DNA of 64,000 nt from Candidatus Yanofskybacteria bacterium RIFCSPHIGHO2_01_FULL_41_21 (lineage in GTDB: Bacteria; Patescibacteriota; Minisyncoccia; 2-02-FULL-40-12; GWA2-44-9), in assembly GCA_001794025.1 (NCBI GenBank), contig MGJA01000003.1, positions 12,909 to 76,908 on the forward strand. The letters are read 5' to 3'. The translations under genes were made by a program, and so were the position numbers. Under the pieces are notes generated by a model that made no database searches, was not told the DNA's origin, and saw nothing but the letters and a program-made list of their open reading frames with translations. Positions 1 through 9,028 of this stretch are shown piece by piece. Every line of letters begins with the position of its first letter. The first letter of the stretch is position 1.

Positions 1-284
1 AATCAGCCGAGTTTATTCACGCTTTTGTTTTGAGTGAACTTCCGCGGATTATCAAAGACAATCTCTACCGCGATGCTAAAAGTTTGTTTCAAGAAAAAGC
101 CCAAGAACAAGTGGGTATCACACCGAATTACGAAGTCATTCAAGAATGGGGTCCCGACCATGCTCGTCAATTTAAAGTTGGTGTCTATTTAGGCAAAGAT
201 CTTGTTGCCGATGGTGAAGGTCCTTCCAAACAAGAAGCCCAACAAAAAGCAGCCGAGATGGCGTTGAAAGCCAAAGGTTGGTAG
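1..284 (+). CDS. rnc: Ribonuclease III, C-terminal dsRNA-binding domain portion (5' end outside window)
   Basis: Translation ends ...GPDHARQFKVGVYLGKDLVADGEGPSKQEAQQKAAEMALKA, a typical RNase III dsRBD C-terminus. The ORF is open to the window edge. Confidence 0.6.
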   Translation, partial: SAEFIHAFVLSELPRIIKDNLYRDAKSLFQEKAQEQVGITPNYEVIQEWGPDHARQFKVGVYLGKDLVADGEGPSKQEAQQKAAEMALKAKGW

Positions 285-325
285 GTCTTGATTAATATAG
301 GATAATCTGATAAAATAACGAAACA

Positions 326-742
326 ATGTTAACTATGCGACTACAACGAATCGGGAAGAAAGGTCAGGCCTATTTCCGTATTATTGTTACTGAACACACC
401 AAGAAACCTCAAGGGGAGTACTTGGAGCTTTTGGGTTCGTATGACCCGCACAAGAAAGACCTCAAAGTAAAGAAAGAACGGATTGAACACTGGATGTCTA
501 AGGGGGTTCAGCTTTCACCAACCGTTAATAATCTTCTTGTGAATAATAAAATTATTGTTGCGACTAAAAAACTAAGCTGGAAACCAAAAGTTGTTGCCAA
601 ACCCGCCGTTGCCCCGACTGCTCCAAAGGCGAAAGAAGAAACCAAAGATGAATCTGTTGTTGAACCCGAACCCGAAACTCCAGTAGAAGCACCAGTTGAA
701 GAACCAAAAGAAGAAGTCCCCGCGGAAACTCCGGCAGAATAA
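326..742 (+). CDS. rpsP: 30S ribosomal protein S16 with K/E/P-rich C-terminal extension
   Basis: MRLQRIGKKGQAYFRIIV...LGSYDP matches the S16 N-terminus. Alternative start at 335. The low-complexity tail (PEPETPVEAPVEEPKEE) is an extension. Confidence 0.8.
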   Translation: MLTMRLQRIGKKGQAYFRIIVTEHTKKPQGEYLELLGSYDPHKKDLKVKKERIEHWMSKGVQLSPTVNNLLVNNKIIVATKKLSWKPKVVAKPAVAPTAPKAKEETKDESVVEPEPETPVEAPVEEPKEEVPAETPAE

Positions 743-757
743 ACCGATCACCGTAAG

Positions 758-1408
758 GTGGTCGTTTTCACTATGCGCATTATTAAGATTGATCTCAATA
801 AGGATTACTCTGAAGCAATCCGCGAAGCCATTGATATTTTAAAGATGGGCGGGACGATTGTGTATCCGACGGACACGGTTTATGGATTGGGTTGTAATGC
901 TTTAGACGAAATTGCTGTTCGGCATATTTTTGATATTAAAAACAGAAGCTCAAAACCGTTACCCATTTTAGCTCGGGACATGAAATGGGTTGAAGAGTTG
1001 GTTTTTCTCAATGACCAACAGCGAAAATTAGCCAATAAATTTTGGCCCGGAAAGTTTACACTTGTTTTGCCTAAAAAAGACATCGTTCCACCAATCGTTA
1101 CGACCGGCCTACCGACCGTTGGTATTCGTATCGCTGACCATGCCTTTACTGATAAATTGTTGGGGGCGTTTGGCTATCCGCTTGTTTCCACATCGGCTAA
1201 TGTTTCTGGTGAACCGGCGACAGGGGATATTGATAGTATTATTGCTTCACTTAGTACTCAACCCCGTCGGCCCGATTTAGTTATTGATGCCGGTGTTTTA
1301 CCGCCGTCTAATTCTTCGGTCGTAATTGATTGCTCAACCGATAAACCCAAAGTCCTTCGGGTCGGTCCATCCAAGCCCGAAGATCTTTTGAAGTTGTTGG
1401 ATATATAA
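758..1408 (+). CDS. tsaC: L-threonylcarbamoyladenylate synthase (YrdC/Sua5 family)
   Basis: YPTDTVYGLGCNA motif and YrdC-like fold signature STSANVSGEP. Alternative start at 773. Confidence 0.8.
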   Translation: MVVFTMRIIKIDLNKDYSEAIREAIDILKMGGTIVYPTDTVYGLGCNALDEIAVRHIFDIKNRSSKPLPILARDMKWVEELVFLNDQQRKLANKFWPGKFTLVLPKKDIVPPIVTTGLPTVGIRIADHAFTDKLLGAFGYPLVSTSANVSGEPATGDIDSIIASLSTQPRRPDLVIDAGVLPPSNSSVVIDCSTDKPKVLRVGPSKPEDLLKLLDI

Positions 1409-1422
1409 TGTAATCTTATAGG

Positions 1423-2178
1423 ATGACTATATTTCATGCTCTTGTTTTGGGTATTGTAGAAGGCATTACCGAATTTTTACCGATTTCTTCAACTGCTCAT
1501 CTTATTATTGCTTCTCGTCTGATGGGCCTCGCTTCGTCGGACTTTTTAAAGACGTTTGAGATTGTCGTGCAAAGCGGTGCGATACTGGCCGTACTCCTGG
1601 TCTATTACAAAAGAATTATAGGTTCGTTTAGTTTAATAAAAAATATAGCCATTGCTTTTATTCCGACGGCAATTATCGGCTTATTGTTTTATCCTTTTGT
1701 CCGTTCATTTCTTGATAATTACATACTGACAATTTGGGTAATTATTTTAGGTGGTGTTGCGATTATATTTTTTGAACGAAACAGTTCGGTTGATGGTGGA
1801 GGGGAAGTGACCCCAAAAAAGAGTTTTTTGGTTGGTTTTGCTCAAACACTCGCATTTATTCCCGGTGTTTCTCGTTCGGCAGCAACAATTATTGCCGGCC
1901 GAGCGATGGGAATTTCCAGAAAAGATATTGTTGATTTCTCATTTCTTCTGGCTATCCCGACAATGTTTGCCGCGACCGGTTACGATTTATTTAAAAATAA
2001 AGAGGCGATTTTTGTTTCCGGACACCTGGATCTTTTAATGGTTGGTCTTGTTTTCGCTTTTCTTTCCTCATTTATTGTAATTCATTGGTTTTTAAAATTC
2101 GCTCAAACAAATAAACTGACCGTTTTTGGTTGGTACCGTATTATTTTTGGTCTCGCACTGCTGATTTTTTTCAGATGA
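1423..2178 (+). CDS. uppP: Undecaprenyl-diphosphatase
   Basis: GITEFLPISSTAHL and PGVSRSAATII motifs of BacA/UppP. Multi-TM protein. Confidence 0.85.
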   Translation: MTIFHALVLGIVEGITEFLPISSTAHLIIASRLMGLASSDFLKTFEIVVQSGAILAVLLVYYKRIIGSFSLIKNIAIAFIPTAIIGLLFYPFVRSFLDNYILTIWVIILGGVAIIFFERNSSVDGGGEVTPKKSFLVGFAQTLAFIPGVSRSAATIIAGRAMGISRKDIVDFSFLLAIPTMFAATGYDLFKNKEAIFVSGHLDLLMVGLVFAFLSSFIVIHWFLKFAQTNKLTVFGWYRIIFGLALLIFFR

Positions 2179-2218
2179 TAAATCTGGTTTAGATGATGGT
2201 GCCCGAGGTGGGACTTAG

Positions 2219-2827
2219 TTAGCTTTTATTTGGTTTAACTAAATCTAAAAATTTTTGGACGTCTTTAGAGAGGCGAATATGATATTTTACCTTTTGATTC
2301 CATTTAGAATTTATCGGTGGCTTAATTGTATAAAGTTTTGGAGTAAAACCAAGGGAAGTAATAAGTTGTTTGACCTCATTAGCTAGTTGTAAATTAATAG
2401 TGCTAAAAATAACCATTTTATAACCACGATCTAAATATATTGAACCATCGGTTTCAATGAGTCCTTTCAAATAATTTATTCGGTGATCTTTATTATCAAA
2501 AATCCATTTCGGCGTAGAGACATTCTGTGTATATTTTGAACCTAACCCAACTTTCCATCCGAGGATATTTTCTAATTGATTTGAGTATACCATGACATCA
2601 GCACATGTTTTTCTATCATAAACACCGATTCTGTTTTTAGGGAGGAGAAGTTGAAGTGATCGCGATATTCTTTTTATCAGATCTGGATATTTTTTATCAC
2701 AGGTTATTCTTAGTCGGGTAGCTCGTCCATTTGGGTTAGAAAGATTACCATCACCTATAGCTAGACCGATGATATAGGCCCGAAGATTTTTATCGTCACT
2801 AATAGGTAGTGTTCGATAATAAGACAT
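2219..2827 (-). CDS. LAGLIDADG family homing endonuclease (double-motif), free-standing next to tRNA-Leu
   Basis: LAIGDGNL and LIETDGSIY motifs. The track ORF extends to 2950 only by reading through the tRNA; the ATG at 2827 (MSYYRTLP...) sits 1 nt after the tRNA 3' end. Confidence 0.7.
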   Translation of the reverse strand: MSYYRTLPISDDKNLRAYIIGLAIGDGNLSNPNGRATRLRITCDKKYPDLIKRISRSLQLLLPKNRIGVYDRKTCADVMVYSNQLENILGWKVGLGSKYTQNVSTPKWIFDNKDHRINYLKGLIETDGSIYLDRGYKMVIFSTINLQLANEVKQLITSLGFTPKLYTIKPPINSKWNQKVKYHIRLSKDVQKFLDLVKPNKS

Positions 2828-2828
2828 G

Positions 2829-2914
2829 TGCCGCTGGTGGGAGTCGAACCCACATGGCCGTGAGGCCGAACGATTTTGAGTCGTTTGCGTAAAACCAGTT
2901 CCGCCACAGCGGCA
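2829..2914 (-). tRNA. tRNA-Leu (anticodon CAA) with long variable arm
   Basis: Reverse complement gives acceptor GCCGCTG/CAGCGGC, anticodon loop CTCAAAA, variable arm CGGCCTCACGGCCATGT and T-arm GGGTTCGACTCCCAC. Confidence 0.8.
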
Positions 2915-2998
2915 ATGCTTTACTTTACCATTTTTGAGGTAAGTTTTCAACCTTTTTGAGGGTTGTTTTTAGACGAATAAATGATATGCTTTTTGTAT

Positions 2999-3763
2999 AT
3001 GGCGCGCGTAATTACAATTTGTAATGCCAAGGGTGGGGTTGGTAAGACCACTACGGCTATAAATTTGAGTGGGTATCTTGCCGCTATGGGGAAGTACGTT
3101 TTGTTGGTGGATATGGATTCACAAGCCAACGCGACAGCGGGGATAGGTATTACCACGAGCGAGCAAGATGGAAGTATTTATCATGCTCTGGTGAATGATT
3201 ACAATCCCCATCATCTCATTAAAAAGACATCCCTGTTTGGTTTTGATGTTTTGCCTGCTGCTCAAGAACTTGCGGGAGCCACGGTGGAGCTGGTAAATAT
3301 GGAGCAACGAGAATTCCGTTTAAAGAAATCCCTCAATTCAATAAGGACTAATTATGATTATATTATTATTGACTGTCCTCCGTCTTTGGGGTTACTTACA
3401 GTTAACGCTCTTGCTGCAAGCGAAAGGATAATTATACCCGTACAGTGTGAGTATTATGCCTTAGAAGGACTTACTCAGCTATTGAAAACAATTGAATTGG
3501 TTCGCCAAGGATTGAATCCGGATTTGCAGGTCTTGGGAGTATTGCTTACAATGTATGATAGACGGAACCAGTTAGCGAATCAGGTGATGAACGAAGTTCA
3601 TCGCAATTTCCCCGGCCGAGTATTTGATGCGGTGATTCCCCGAACGGTTTCCTTAGCTGAAGCGCCAAGCTTCGGAAAAACAATTCTGCAATTTGACCCG
3701 AATTCCAAAGCAGCAAGAGCATATCGCCAGTTAGCCGAAGAAGTGATTCGCTACAGTAATTAG
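2999..3763 (+). CDS. parA: Chromosome partitioning ATPase ParA/Soj
   Basis: Deviant Walker A NAKGGVGKTTTAINLS, and 'DCPPSLG'. Confidence 0.9.
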   Translation: MARVITICNAKGGVGKTTTAINLSGYLAAMGKYVLLVDMDSQANATAGIGITTSEQDGSIYHALVNDYNPHHLIKKTSLFGFDVLPAAQELAGATVELVNMEQREFRLKKSLNSIRTNYDYIIIDCPPSLGLLTVNALAASERIIIPVQCEYYALEGLTQLLKTIELVRQGLNPDLQVLGVLLTMYDRRNQLANQVMNEVHRNFPGRVFDAVIPRTVSLAEAPSFGKTILQFDPNSKAARAYRQLAEEVIRYSN

Positions 3764-3824
3764 AAATTAGCGATTAGGACTTAGAAAACAGAAACTAAAC
3801 ACTATTAACAGAAATGAGAACTAA

Positions 3825-3917
3825 CCCTTAAGCCCCAGTAGCGGAAGGGGACCCGCGTAGCGGGGGAACCGCCGGGACTGGTTCCCCGGGTCTGGGGCGA
3901 AAGGGTTAGTTCTCAAG
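3825..3917. ncRNA. GC-rich nested-hairpin element between parA and parB; function unknown. Outer 14-bp stem GAGAACTAACCCTT/AAGGGTTAGTTCTC.
   Basis: Perfect 14-bp inverted repeat enclosing CCCCAG/CTGGGG and GGGGAACC/GGTTCCCC helices. Locally ~65% GC in an AT-rich genome. The 3' arm recurs at 11297-11310 just upstream of topA. Confidence 0.4.
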
Positions 3918-3928
3918 ATCAACAAGTT

Positions 3929-4819
3929 ATGTCTATGAATAAAAAATTCTTTGGTCTAGGTAAGGGCTTAGGTTCTTTAATTCCTGAAGGGGCAAAGGCG
4001 ATGTCGCCGACTTCTCAAAAGGAGAATGTTTTTTATGTTGAGGTCTCCAAAATTGATGCCAACCCCGACCAACCCCGCCGGGACTTTGATAATGATGCGC
4101 TTAAAGAATTATCCGGCTCTATTCGTAAATATGGCGTTCTTCAACCTTTGCTGGTTTCCAAAGTAGAGACCTTGTCCGTGAAGGGGATAGATGTTTCATA
4201 TAATTTAATTGCCGGTGAACGTCGTTTGCGGGCGGCCAAGATGGCGGGTTTGCCTCATGTGCCCGTAATTATTCGCGATGATTTTAAACAGGATAAAGAA
4301 CGTCTGGAAGTGGCTTTGATTGAAAACGTTCAACGCGAAGATTTAAATCCGCTTGAAGAAGCCGAAGCGTACATGAAACTTTCCAAGGATTTTGGTCTGA
4401 CTCAAAAAGAAATCGCCGAAAAGGTTGGTAAGTCCCGCGAAGTTGTAGCCAATACGATTCGTTTGATGAATCTTCCCCAAGATATTAAGGACTCACTTCG
4501 GGCCGGAAAAATCGCTCGCGCCAGCGCTCGCGCTTTGCTCGCTTTCAGTGATCCCGCCAAGCAACGTCAGGTCTACGAAAGTATTTTGGCTGGCGGTGTC
4601 TCTTCTCGTGATGTGGAAACGGCGGCTTCGGTTAATAAGCCCGCTACAAAAAAGCCCCGTCTGACTGAAGGCAAGTTTATTGAACTGGAAAAAAATCTCG
4701 CCGACACTCTCGGTACTCATGTCTCCATTCAGGGCGCCGTCGCCTCCGGCGGAAAAATCGTCATCAAATTCGCCGATCTTCAACACCTCAACAAAATCGC
4801 AAAGAGTATTATCGATTAA
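3929..4819 (+). CDS. parB: Chromosome partitioning protein ParB/Spo0J
   Basis: IAGERRLRAAKMAGL ParB box and HTH region LTQKEIAEKVGKSREVVANTIRL. Confidence 0.9.
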   Translation: MSMNKKFFGLGKGLGSLIPEGAKAMSPTSQKENVFYVEVSKIDANPDQPRRDFDNDALKELSGSIRKYGVLQPLLVSKVETLSVKGIDVSYNLIAGERRLRAAKMAGLPHVPVIIRDDFKQDKERLEVALIENVQREDLNPLEEAEAYMKLSKDFGLTQKEIAEKVGKSREVVANTIRLMNLPQDIKDSLRAGKIARASARALLAFSDPAKQRQVYESILAGGVSSRDVETAASVNKPATKKPRLTEGKFIELEKNLADTLGTHVSIQGAVASGGKIVIKFADLQHLNKIAKSIID

Positions 4820-4826
4820 AAATAGT

Positions 4827-4998
4827 CGCTCCCTCCACCCCAACCCCCGACTCGACCGATAATAAACCTGCTCCAGCGGCAGGTTTTTATCTAGACCGCT
4901 CGGTTCCTCACCAAGCACCTCGGATTATGTCTTCCGCACCCATCGACATAATCCTAGCTTCGGAACCTCCGCGACTTCTCGCTGGGGGTTAGGGTGTT
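4827..4998 (+). repeat. MITE-like repeat copy A (172 bp), perfect inverted copy of 7072-7243. Contains an intrinsic terminator hairpin (4865-4888 + T-tract).
   Basis: Every base of 4827-4998 matches the reverse complement of 7072-7243. Element ends CCAACCCCCGAC / CTGGGGGTTAGG form short imperfect TIRs. Internal hairpins AACCTGCTCCAGCGGCAGGTTTTT and GGATTATGTC...GACATAATCC. Confidence 0.9.
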
Positions 4999-5136
4999 AG
5001 CCGCTTTTATTTGTTTCTAACCAATCATGCAGATTGAGAAAAATTCCAACAACCCCGCTTAGTTTTTACTCAACAACTCAATGGATTGAGCCGTTAGGAC
5101 GGTGTTTAATTAGTTGATTTGAATCAAAAATAATGA

Positions 5137-5970
5137 TTGACTGATTCTATGACTGGCAAACTCTTGTCTAAAATAAAAGATAAACCATATTTTACAGCAA
5201 AAGATTTTGCTTTATATCATAGCGATTCTCTTAAAATTTTAGAACAACTACCCGATAATTCGGTTGACATGATTTTTGCAGATCCCCCCTACAATCTTTC
5301 CAATGGAGGATTCACGGTTCATGCAGGGAAAATGGTGAGTGTAAATAAGGGTAGTTGGGACAAGAGTAAGGGATTTGAAGATGATTTTGCTTTCCATTTG
5401 AAATGGTTGTCGGCTTGTAGACGAGTTTTAAAACCTGAAGGCACCCTTTGGGTTAGTGGAACTTATCATTCAATTTATCAATGTGGCTATGCACTACAGT
5501 CCTTAGGATATCACATACTCAATGATATATCATGGTTTAAGCCAAATGCATCCCCAAATCTAAGTGGTAGATATTTTACAGCAAGTCACGAAACTTTAAT
5601 TTGGGCTAGAAAGGACAGGAAAGCAAAGCATACTTTTAATTATCAACTTACAAAAACAGCCGACTGGAACGGGGATTTTTTAAAAAAACCAGGTCTCCAA
5701 ATGAGATCCGTTTGGGCTATTGGAACACCAAAGCCAGATGAAAAAATTTTTGGGAAACATCCTACCCAAAAACCATTATCATTATTAAAAAGAGTGGTTT
5801 TGTCCAGTACTCAAAAGGGAGATATTATTCTTGACCCATTCACAGGTAGTTCAACAACTGGAATTGCCACAACATTGACTGGTCGCAAGTTTATTGGTAT
5901 TGATCTAGAGAAACAATACTTGGACTTATCTATTAAAAGATTTAATAAATCAAATAAACAAAATGATTAA
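5137..5970 (+). CDS. DNA methyltransferase, beta-class N6-adenine/N4-cytosine (N6_N4_Mtase family)
   Basis: Motif IV FADPPYNL precedes motif I ILDPFTGSSTTGIA, the beta permutation. Overlaps the downstream REase ORF by 8 nt. Confidence 0.85.
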   Translation: MTDSMTGKLLSKIKDKPYFTAKDFALYHSDSLKILEQLPDNSVDMIFADPPYNLSNGGFTVHAGKMVSVNKGSWDKSKGFEDDFAFHLKWLSACRRVLKPEGTLWVSGTYHSIYQCGYALQSLGYHILNDISWFKPNASPNLSGRYFTASHETLIWARKDRKAKHTFNYQLTKTADWNGDFLKKPGLQMRSVWAIGTPKPDEKIFGKHPTQKPLSLLKRVVLSSTQKGDIILDPFTGSSTTGIATTLTGRKFIGIDLEKQYLDLSIKRFNKSNKQND

Positions 5971-6493
5971 CAAAGGTATCGGTGGAGGCAATACGATTAC
6001 AGGATTAAACTTTGAAAGAGAGGGTGATATTTTAGAGCTTCTTAAAAAACAAAAAGGATATACAGTAAAAGGACATATTATTTTTTATAAAGACAAAGAA
6101 GTTGCACAAAGTTATCGGAAAAATGCCCTTTATAAATATCTAGAATCAAAAAAGGTAGATTATAAAAAATATTTATCTAAGAAGCTTCTTCCAGATGAAG
6201 CACTTTATGTAATAGTAAATAATACACTCTTTATTATTGAAATGAAATTTCAGAAAGTTGCTGGATCAGTTGATGAAAAATTGCAGACGTGCGATTTCAA
6301 GAGAAAACAGTATGCTAAATTAATGGCACCTTTGAATATAGAGGTAGAATATATTTATATTTTGAGCGAGTGGTTCAGATCTCCTGTCTACAAAGATGTT
6401 TTGGATTATATTATTTCTGTTGGGTGTCAGTACTATTTTAAATATCTGCCATTACAAAAATTAGGGCTACCGTTACCAAGTGGTCAAGGTTGA
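5963..6493 (+). CDS. Putative type II restriction endonuclease (PD-(D/E)XK)
   Basis: LLPDEALYVIVNNTLFIIEMKFQK matches a PD...ExK catalytic core. Translationally coupled to the MTase. The stop codon sits at the centre of a 15-bp-arm palindrome (6476-6508). Confidence 0.55.
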   Translation: MINKGIGGGNTITGLNFEREGDILELLKKQKGYTVKGHIIFYKDKEVAQSYRKNALYKYLESKKVDYKKYLSKKLLPDEALYVIVNNTLFIIEMKFQKVAGSVDEKLQTCDFKRKQYAKLMAPLNIEVEYIYILSEWFRSPVYKDVLDYIISVGCQYYFKYLPLQKLGLPLPSGQG

Positions 6494-6521
6494 ACCTTGA
6501 CCACTTGGTAATAATTAATTT

Positions 6522-6543
6522 AAAAGCCCCAATAGGGGCTTTT
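6522..6543. terminator. Bidirectional intrinsic terminator hairpin between the convergent REase and small ORF
   Basis: AAAAGCCCC AATA GGGGCTTTT. Confidence 0.6.
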
Positions 6544-6556
6544 AAAGAATAGAGTC

Positions 6557-6811
6557 CTAAGCCCTATTTGATGTATGCTGATTGGTGGGAAGTGGAGGCA
6601 TACGTTCAATATCGTTTGCTGTAGCTTCTAATGCTTCATCCATTGCTTTAGAAATCTCCTCTTTGGAGACGATACCCTTTGAAATAAGGATACTTTCTAA
6701 TGCTCTAAATTTAGCATCTCGGAGCATATCAAATGCCCCATTTATACCAACCTTTTTTGCCATTTTGTTAATGGCAAGCATGACATTATCAGGTTTTTGA
6801 TCTGTTATCAT
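6557..6811 (-). CDS. Hypothetical small protein (84 aa) inside the R-M unit
   Basis: ORF with a ~260-bp AT-rich upstream region (6812-7071). No motif recognised. Confidence 0.4.
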   Translation of the reverse strand: MITDQKPDNVMLAINKMAKKVGINGAFDMLRDAKFRALESILISKGIVSKEEISKAMDEALEATANDIERMPPLPTNQHTSNRA

Positions 6812-7071
6812 GAGTTATGGTCAGCTTAAGATAAATGGAATAATTTTCGACAATAACACGCGGCCACATTCAGCAAGTTCTAAATTGACTGATTTCAGGG
6901 AATGTTGTTTCAGTTATTGTTTCTCGACGTTTTATTCTAAGTATCGAAGTTTGGTTATTTAGATTTTCTGAGGCGACCAAATTCAGTAGTCCGATTACAT
7001 TATACAAAACCATAAAATTTGACGAAATAGCAATAAAATTGTCTCTGTGGATAAATCTGTTGATAACAAAC

Positions 7072-7243
7072 CACAGCGACCAACACCCTAACCCCCAGCG
7101 AGAAGTCGCGGAGGTTCCGAAGCTAGGATTATGTCGATGGGTGCGGAAGACATAATCCGAGGTGCTTGGTGAGGAACCGAGCGGTCTAGATAAAAACCTG
7201 CCGCTGGAGCAGGTTTATTATCGGTCGAGTCGGGGGTTGGGGT
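7072..7243 (-). repeat. MITE-like repeat copy B (172 bp), inverted relative to copy A
   Basis: Reverse complement is identical to 4827-4998. Confidence 0.9.
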
Positions 7244-7253
7244 GGAGGGAGCG

Positions 7254-8756
7254 CTAGGACTTTCTATTGGCTCGGGTCAAGGCCAGGTGGCTTTTGATAT
7301 GATGGCGGGCTTGGGCGGTGCGGACTATTTTTAGCCAATCAAGGGAGGGTTTTAAATCCTTGCCTTTGCCTTTGATAATTTCTACGACATCACCGTTTTT
7401 AAGATTGGTATCGATGGTCGCCATTTTGCCGTTAACTTTGGCACCGCGGATGGCGTGGCCCAGATCGCTGTGAATAGCATAAGCGAAATCAATCGGGGTG
7501 GCGCCTTCGGGTAAGTCCTCAACGTCGCCTTTGGGAGTGAAAACAAAGATGCGATTTTTAAAAAAATCTATTTTTAAAGCGGAAAAACTTTCTTCGGTTC
7601 CAACATCAGCCAGAAATTCTTTTAAGCGATTAATCCAACCGAGTTCTTGAGTATCGGCTTTGATATTTTTTTTGTCGCCCTCGCTGTAAGCCCAGTGGGA
7701 GGCGATACCATTTTCGTTATGGTTTTGCATTTCCGGCGTCCTAATTTGTATTTCCATAATTTTTCCTTTTTCGCAGAAGATTGTGGTATGGAGCGATTGA
7801 TAGCCGTTGGGTTTGGGGAGGGCAATGTAATCCTTAATTAGCCCTGGGAGAGGCGTGTAGTGGGCGTGGATGACACCCAGGGCTTCGTAGCAAGATTTTA
7901 TATCCGGAACGATAATGCGCATAGCTACGATGTCGTAGATTTTGTTCAAGTTCATGTCCTTGTGGAGCAATTTTTGATACAAACTGTACAAATGTTTGGC
8001 TCGGGAATGGATGCTTATAATCGGGATATCGGCATCGGTTAAATGTCGTTCTACAACCGGTTTGGTCCGTTCAAGATAACGCGCGAGATCTTTGTGTTTT
8101 TCTTTTATTTTTCTTTTTAGCCAAGTGTATTCTGTCGGGTAAGCATATTGAAAAGCTAAATCCTCAAGTTGACCCTTCAGATCGCCCATACCTAGCCGAG
8201 CGGCGATAGGGGCGTAGATTTCCAAGGTCTCAAAAGCTATTCGTTGACGATCAATCGGCGGAAGATATTGAACCGTTTGCATATTGTGTAACCGATCAGC
8301 CAATTTAATAAGAATTACCCGCACATCTTCGGCCATGGCAAAAAACATTTTTTTGAGTGTCTGGATGTATTCATTCTTGGATTTATCGGAAATATTAGAT
8401 TGGTAATTTATTTTTTTAAGTTTTGTGAGACCTTCAACAAGAAAAGCAATATCAGCCCCGAAATTTTTGGTTATTGTCTCATTTGTTATATCCGCATCTT
8501 CTAAGGTGTCGTGAAGCAGTGCCGTAATGATACTAGCCGAGTCAAAATTAAGATTGTACAGATACTCCGCGACGGCGATAGGGTGGGTGATAAATTCTTC
8601 CCCCGATAATCTTTTTTGCCCGGCGTGAGCTTTTTCAGCCATAACCAAAGCCCGCTTAACAAGTTCGCGTTCCGAATCCGAATATCTATTGTTATTTATA
8701 AAACTCAAATCAGCCATAAGTAATATTAGGGTACGCCTTCTCGTCAGTTGTCGCAA
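7254..8756 (-). CDS. relA/spoT: Short-form bifunctional (p)ppGpp synthetase/hydrolase (HD + RelA/SpoT synthetase + TGS; no ACT domain)
   Basis: HD motif ALLHDTLED, synthetase domain (RAKHLYSLYQKL...DIVAMRIIV) and TGS-like C-terminus. Alternative start at 8717. Confidence 0.8.
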   Translation of the reverse strand: MRQLTRRRTLILLMADLSFINNNRYSDSERELVKRALVMAEKAHAGQKRLSGEEFITHPIAVAEYLYNLNFDSASIITALLHDTLEDADITNETITKNFGADIAFLVEGLTKLKKINYQSNISDKSKNEYIQTLKKMFFAMAEDVRVILIKLADRLHNMQTVQYLPPIDRQRIAFETLEIYAPIAARLGMGDLKGQLEDLAFQYAYPTEYTWLKRKIKEKHKDLARYLERTKPVVERHLTDADIPIISIHSRAKHLYSLYQKLLHKDMNLNKIYDIVAMRIIVPDIKSCYEALGVIHAHYTPLPGLIKDYIALPKPNGYQSLHTTIFCEKGKIMEIQIRTPEMQNHNENGIASHWAYSEGDKKNIKADTQELGWINRLKEFLADVGTEESFSALKIDFFKNRIFVFTPKGDVEDLPEGATPIDFAYAIHSDLGHAIRGAKVNGKMATIDTNLKNGDVVEIIKGKGKDLKPSLDWLKIVRTAQARHHIKSHLALTRANRKS

Positions 8757-8765
8757 CCGATTCTT

Positions 8766-9014
8766 CTATACTTTCTTAGTGTTTTTGCACTGCGGGAAAC
8801 CCGAACAGGCGAGGAAGGGTCCGAATTGGCCGTTTCGTTTTAGAAGGGGCTTACCGCACTTGTCGCATAGTTGGTCTGTTTTCTCGGCGACTTGTGGCGT
8901 TTTCTTTTCTATATATTTACAGTTGGGATAATTTGAACAAGCCGTGAAGTTGCCAAATCGGCCGGTTTTTACAACCAGGTTACCACTGTGACATTCGGGA
9001 CAGGTTTTATTCAT
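8766..9014 (-). CDS. Stand-alone topoisomerase-type C4 zinc-ribbon protein (two zf-C4_Topoisom-like repeats)
   Basis: CPECHSGNLVVKTGRFGNFTACSNYPNC and CDKCGKPLLKRNGQFGPFLACSGFPQC repeats. Confidence 0.65.
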   Translation of the reverse strand: MNKTCPECHSGNLVVKTGRFGNFTACSNYPNCKYIEKKTPQVAEKTDQLCDKCGKPLLKRNGQFGPFLACSGFPQCKNTKKV

Positions 9015-9028
9015 AGGGGGTTAGCTTA

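Larger units (their letters stand above)
4999..7071. mobile_element. 2.07-kb segment bounded by the inverted 172-bp repeats. It carries a type II R-M operon plus one small gene, making it a candidate mobile or hitchhiking R-M unit.
   Basis: Perfect IRs directly abut the flanking core genes (parB stop 4819; relA/spoT stop 7254). Cargo is MTase + REase with coupled translation. Confidence 0.6.

Noticed and set aside
3764-3928. parS site between parA and parB
   Set aside because: No match to the TGTTNCACGTGAAACA consensus. The GC-rich palindrome there is much longer and is structured differently.
4493-4918. 141-aa minus-strand ORF and 60-aa plus ORF (4680-4862) overlapping the parB 3' end and the MITE-like repeat
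   Set aside because: Antisense to, or overlapping, a well-supported parB CDS, and running into the repeat. No motifs. Judged spurious.
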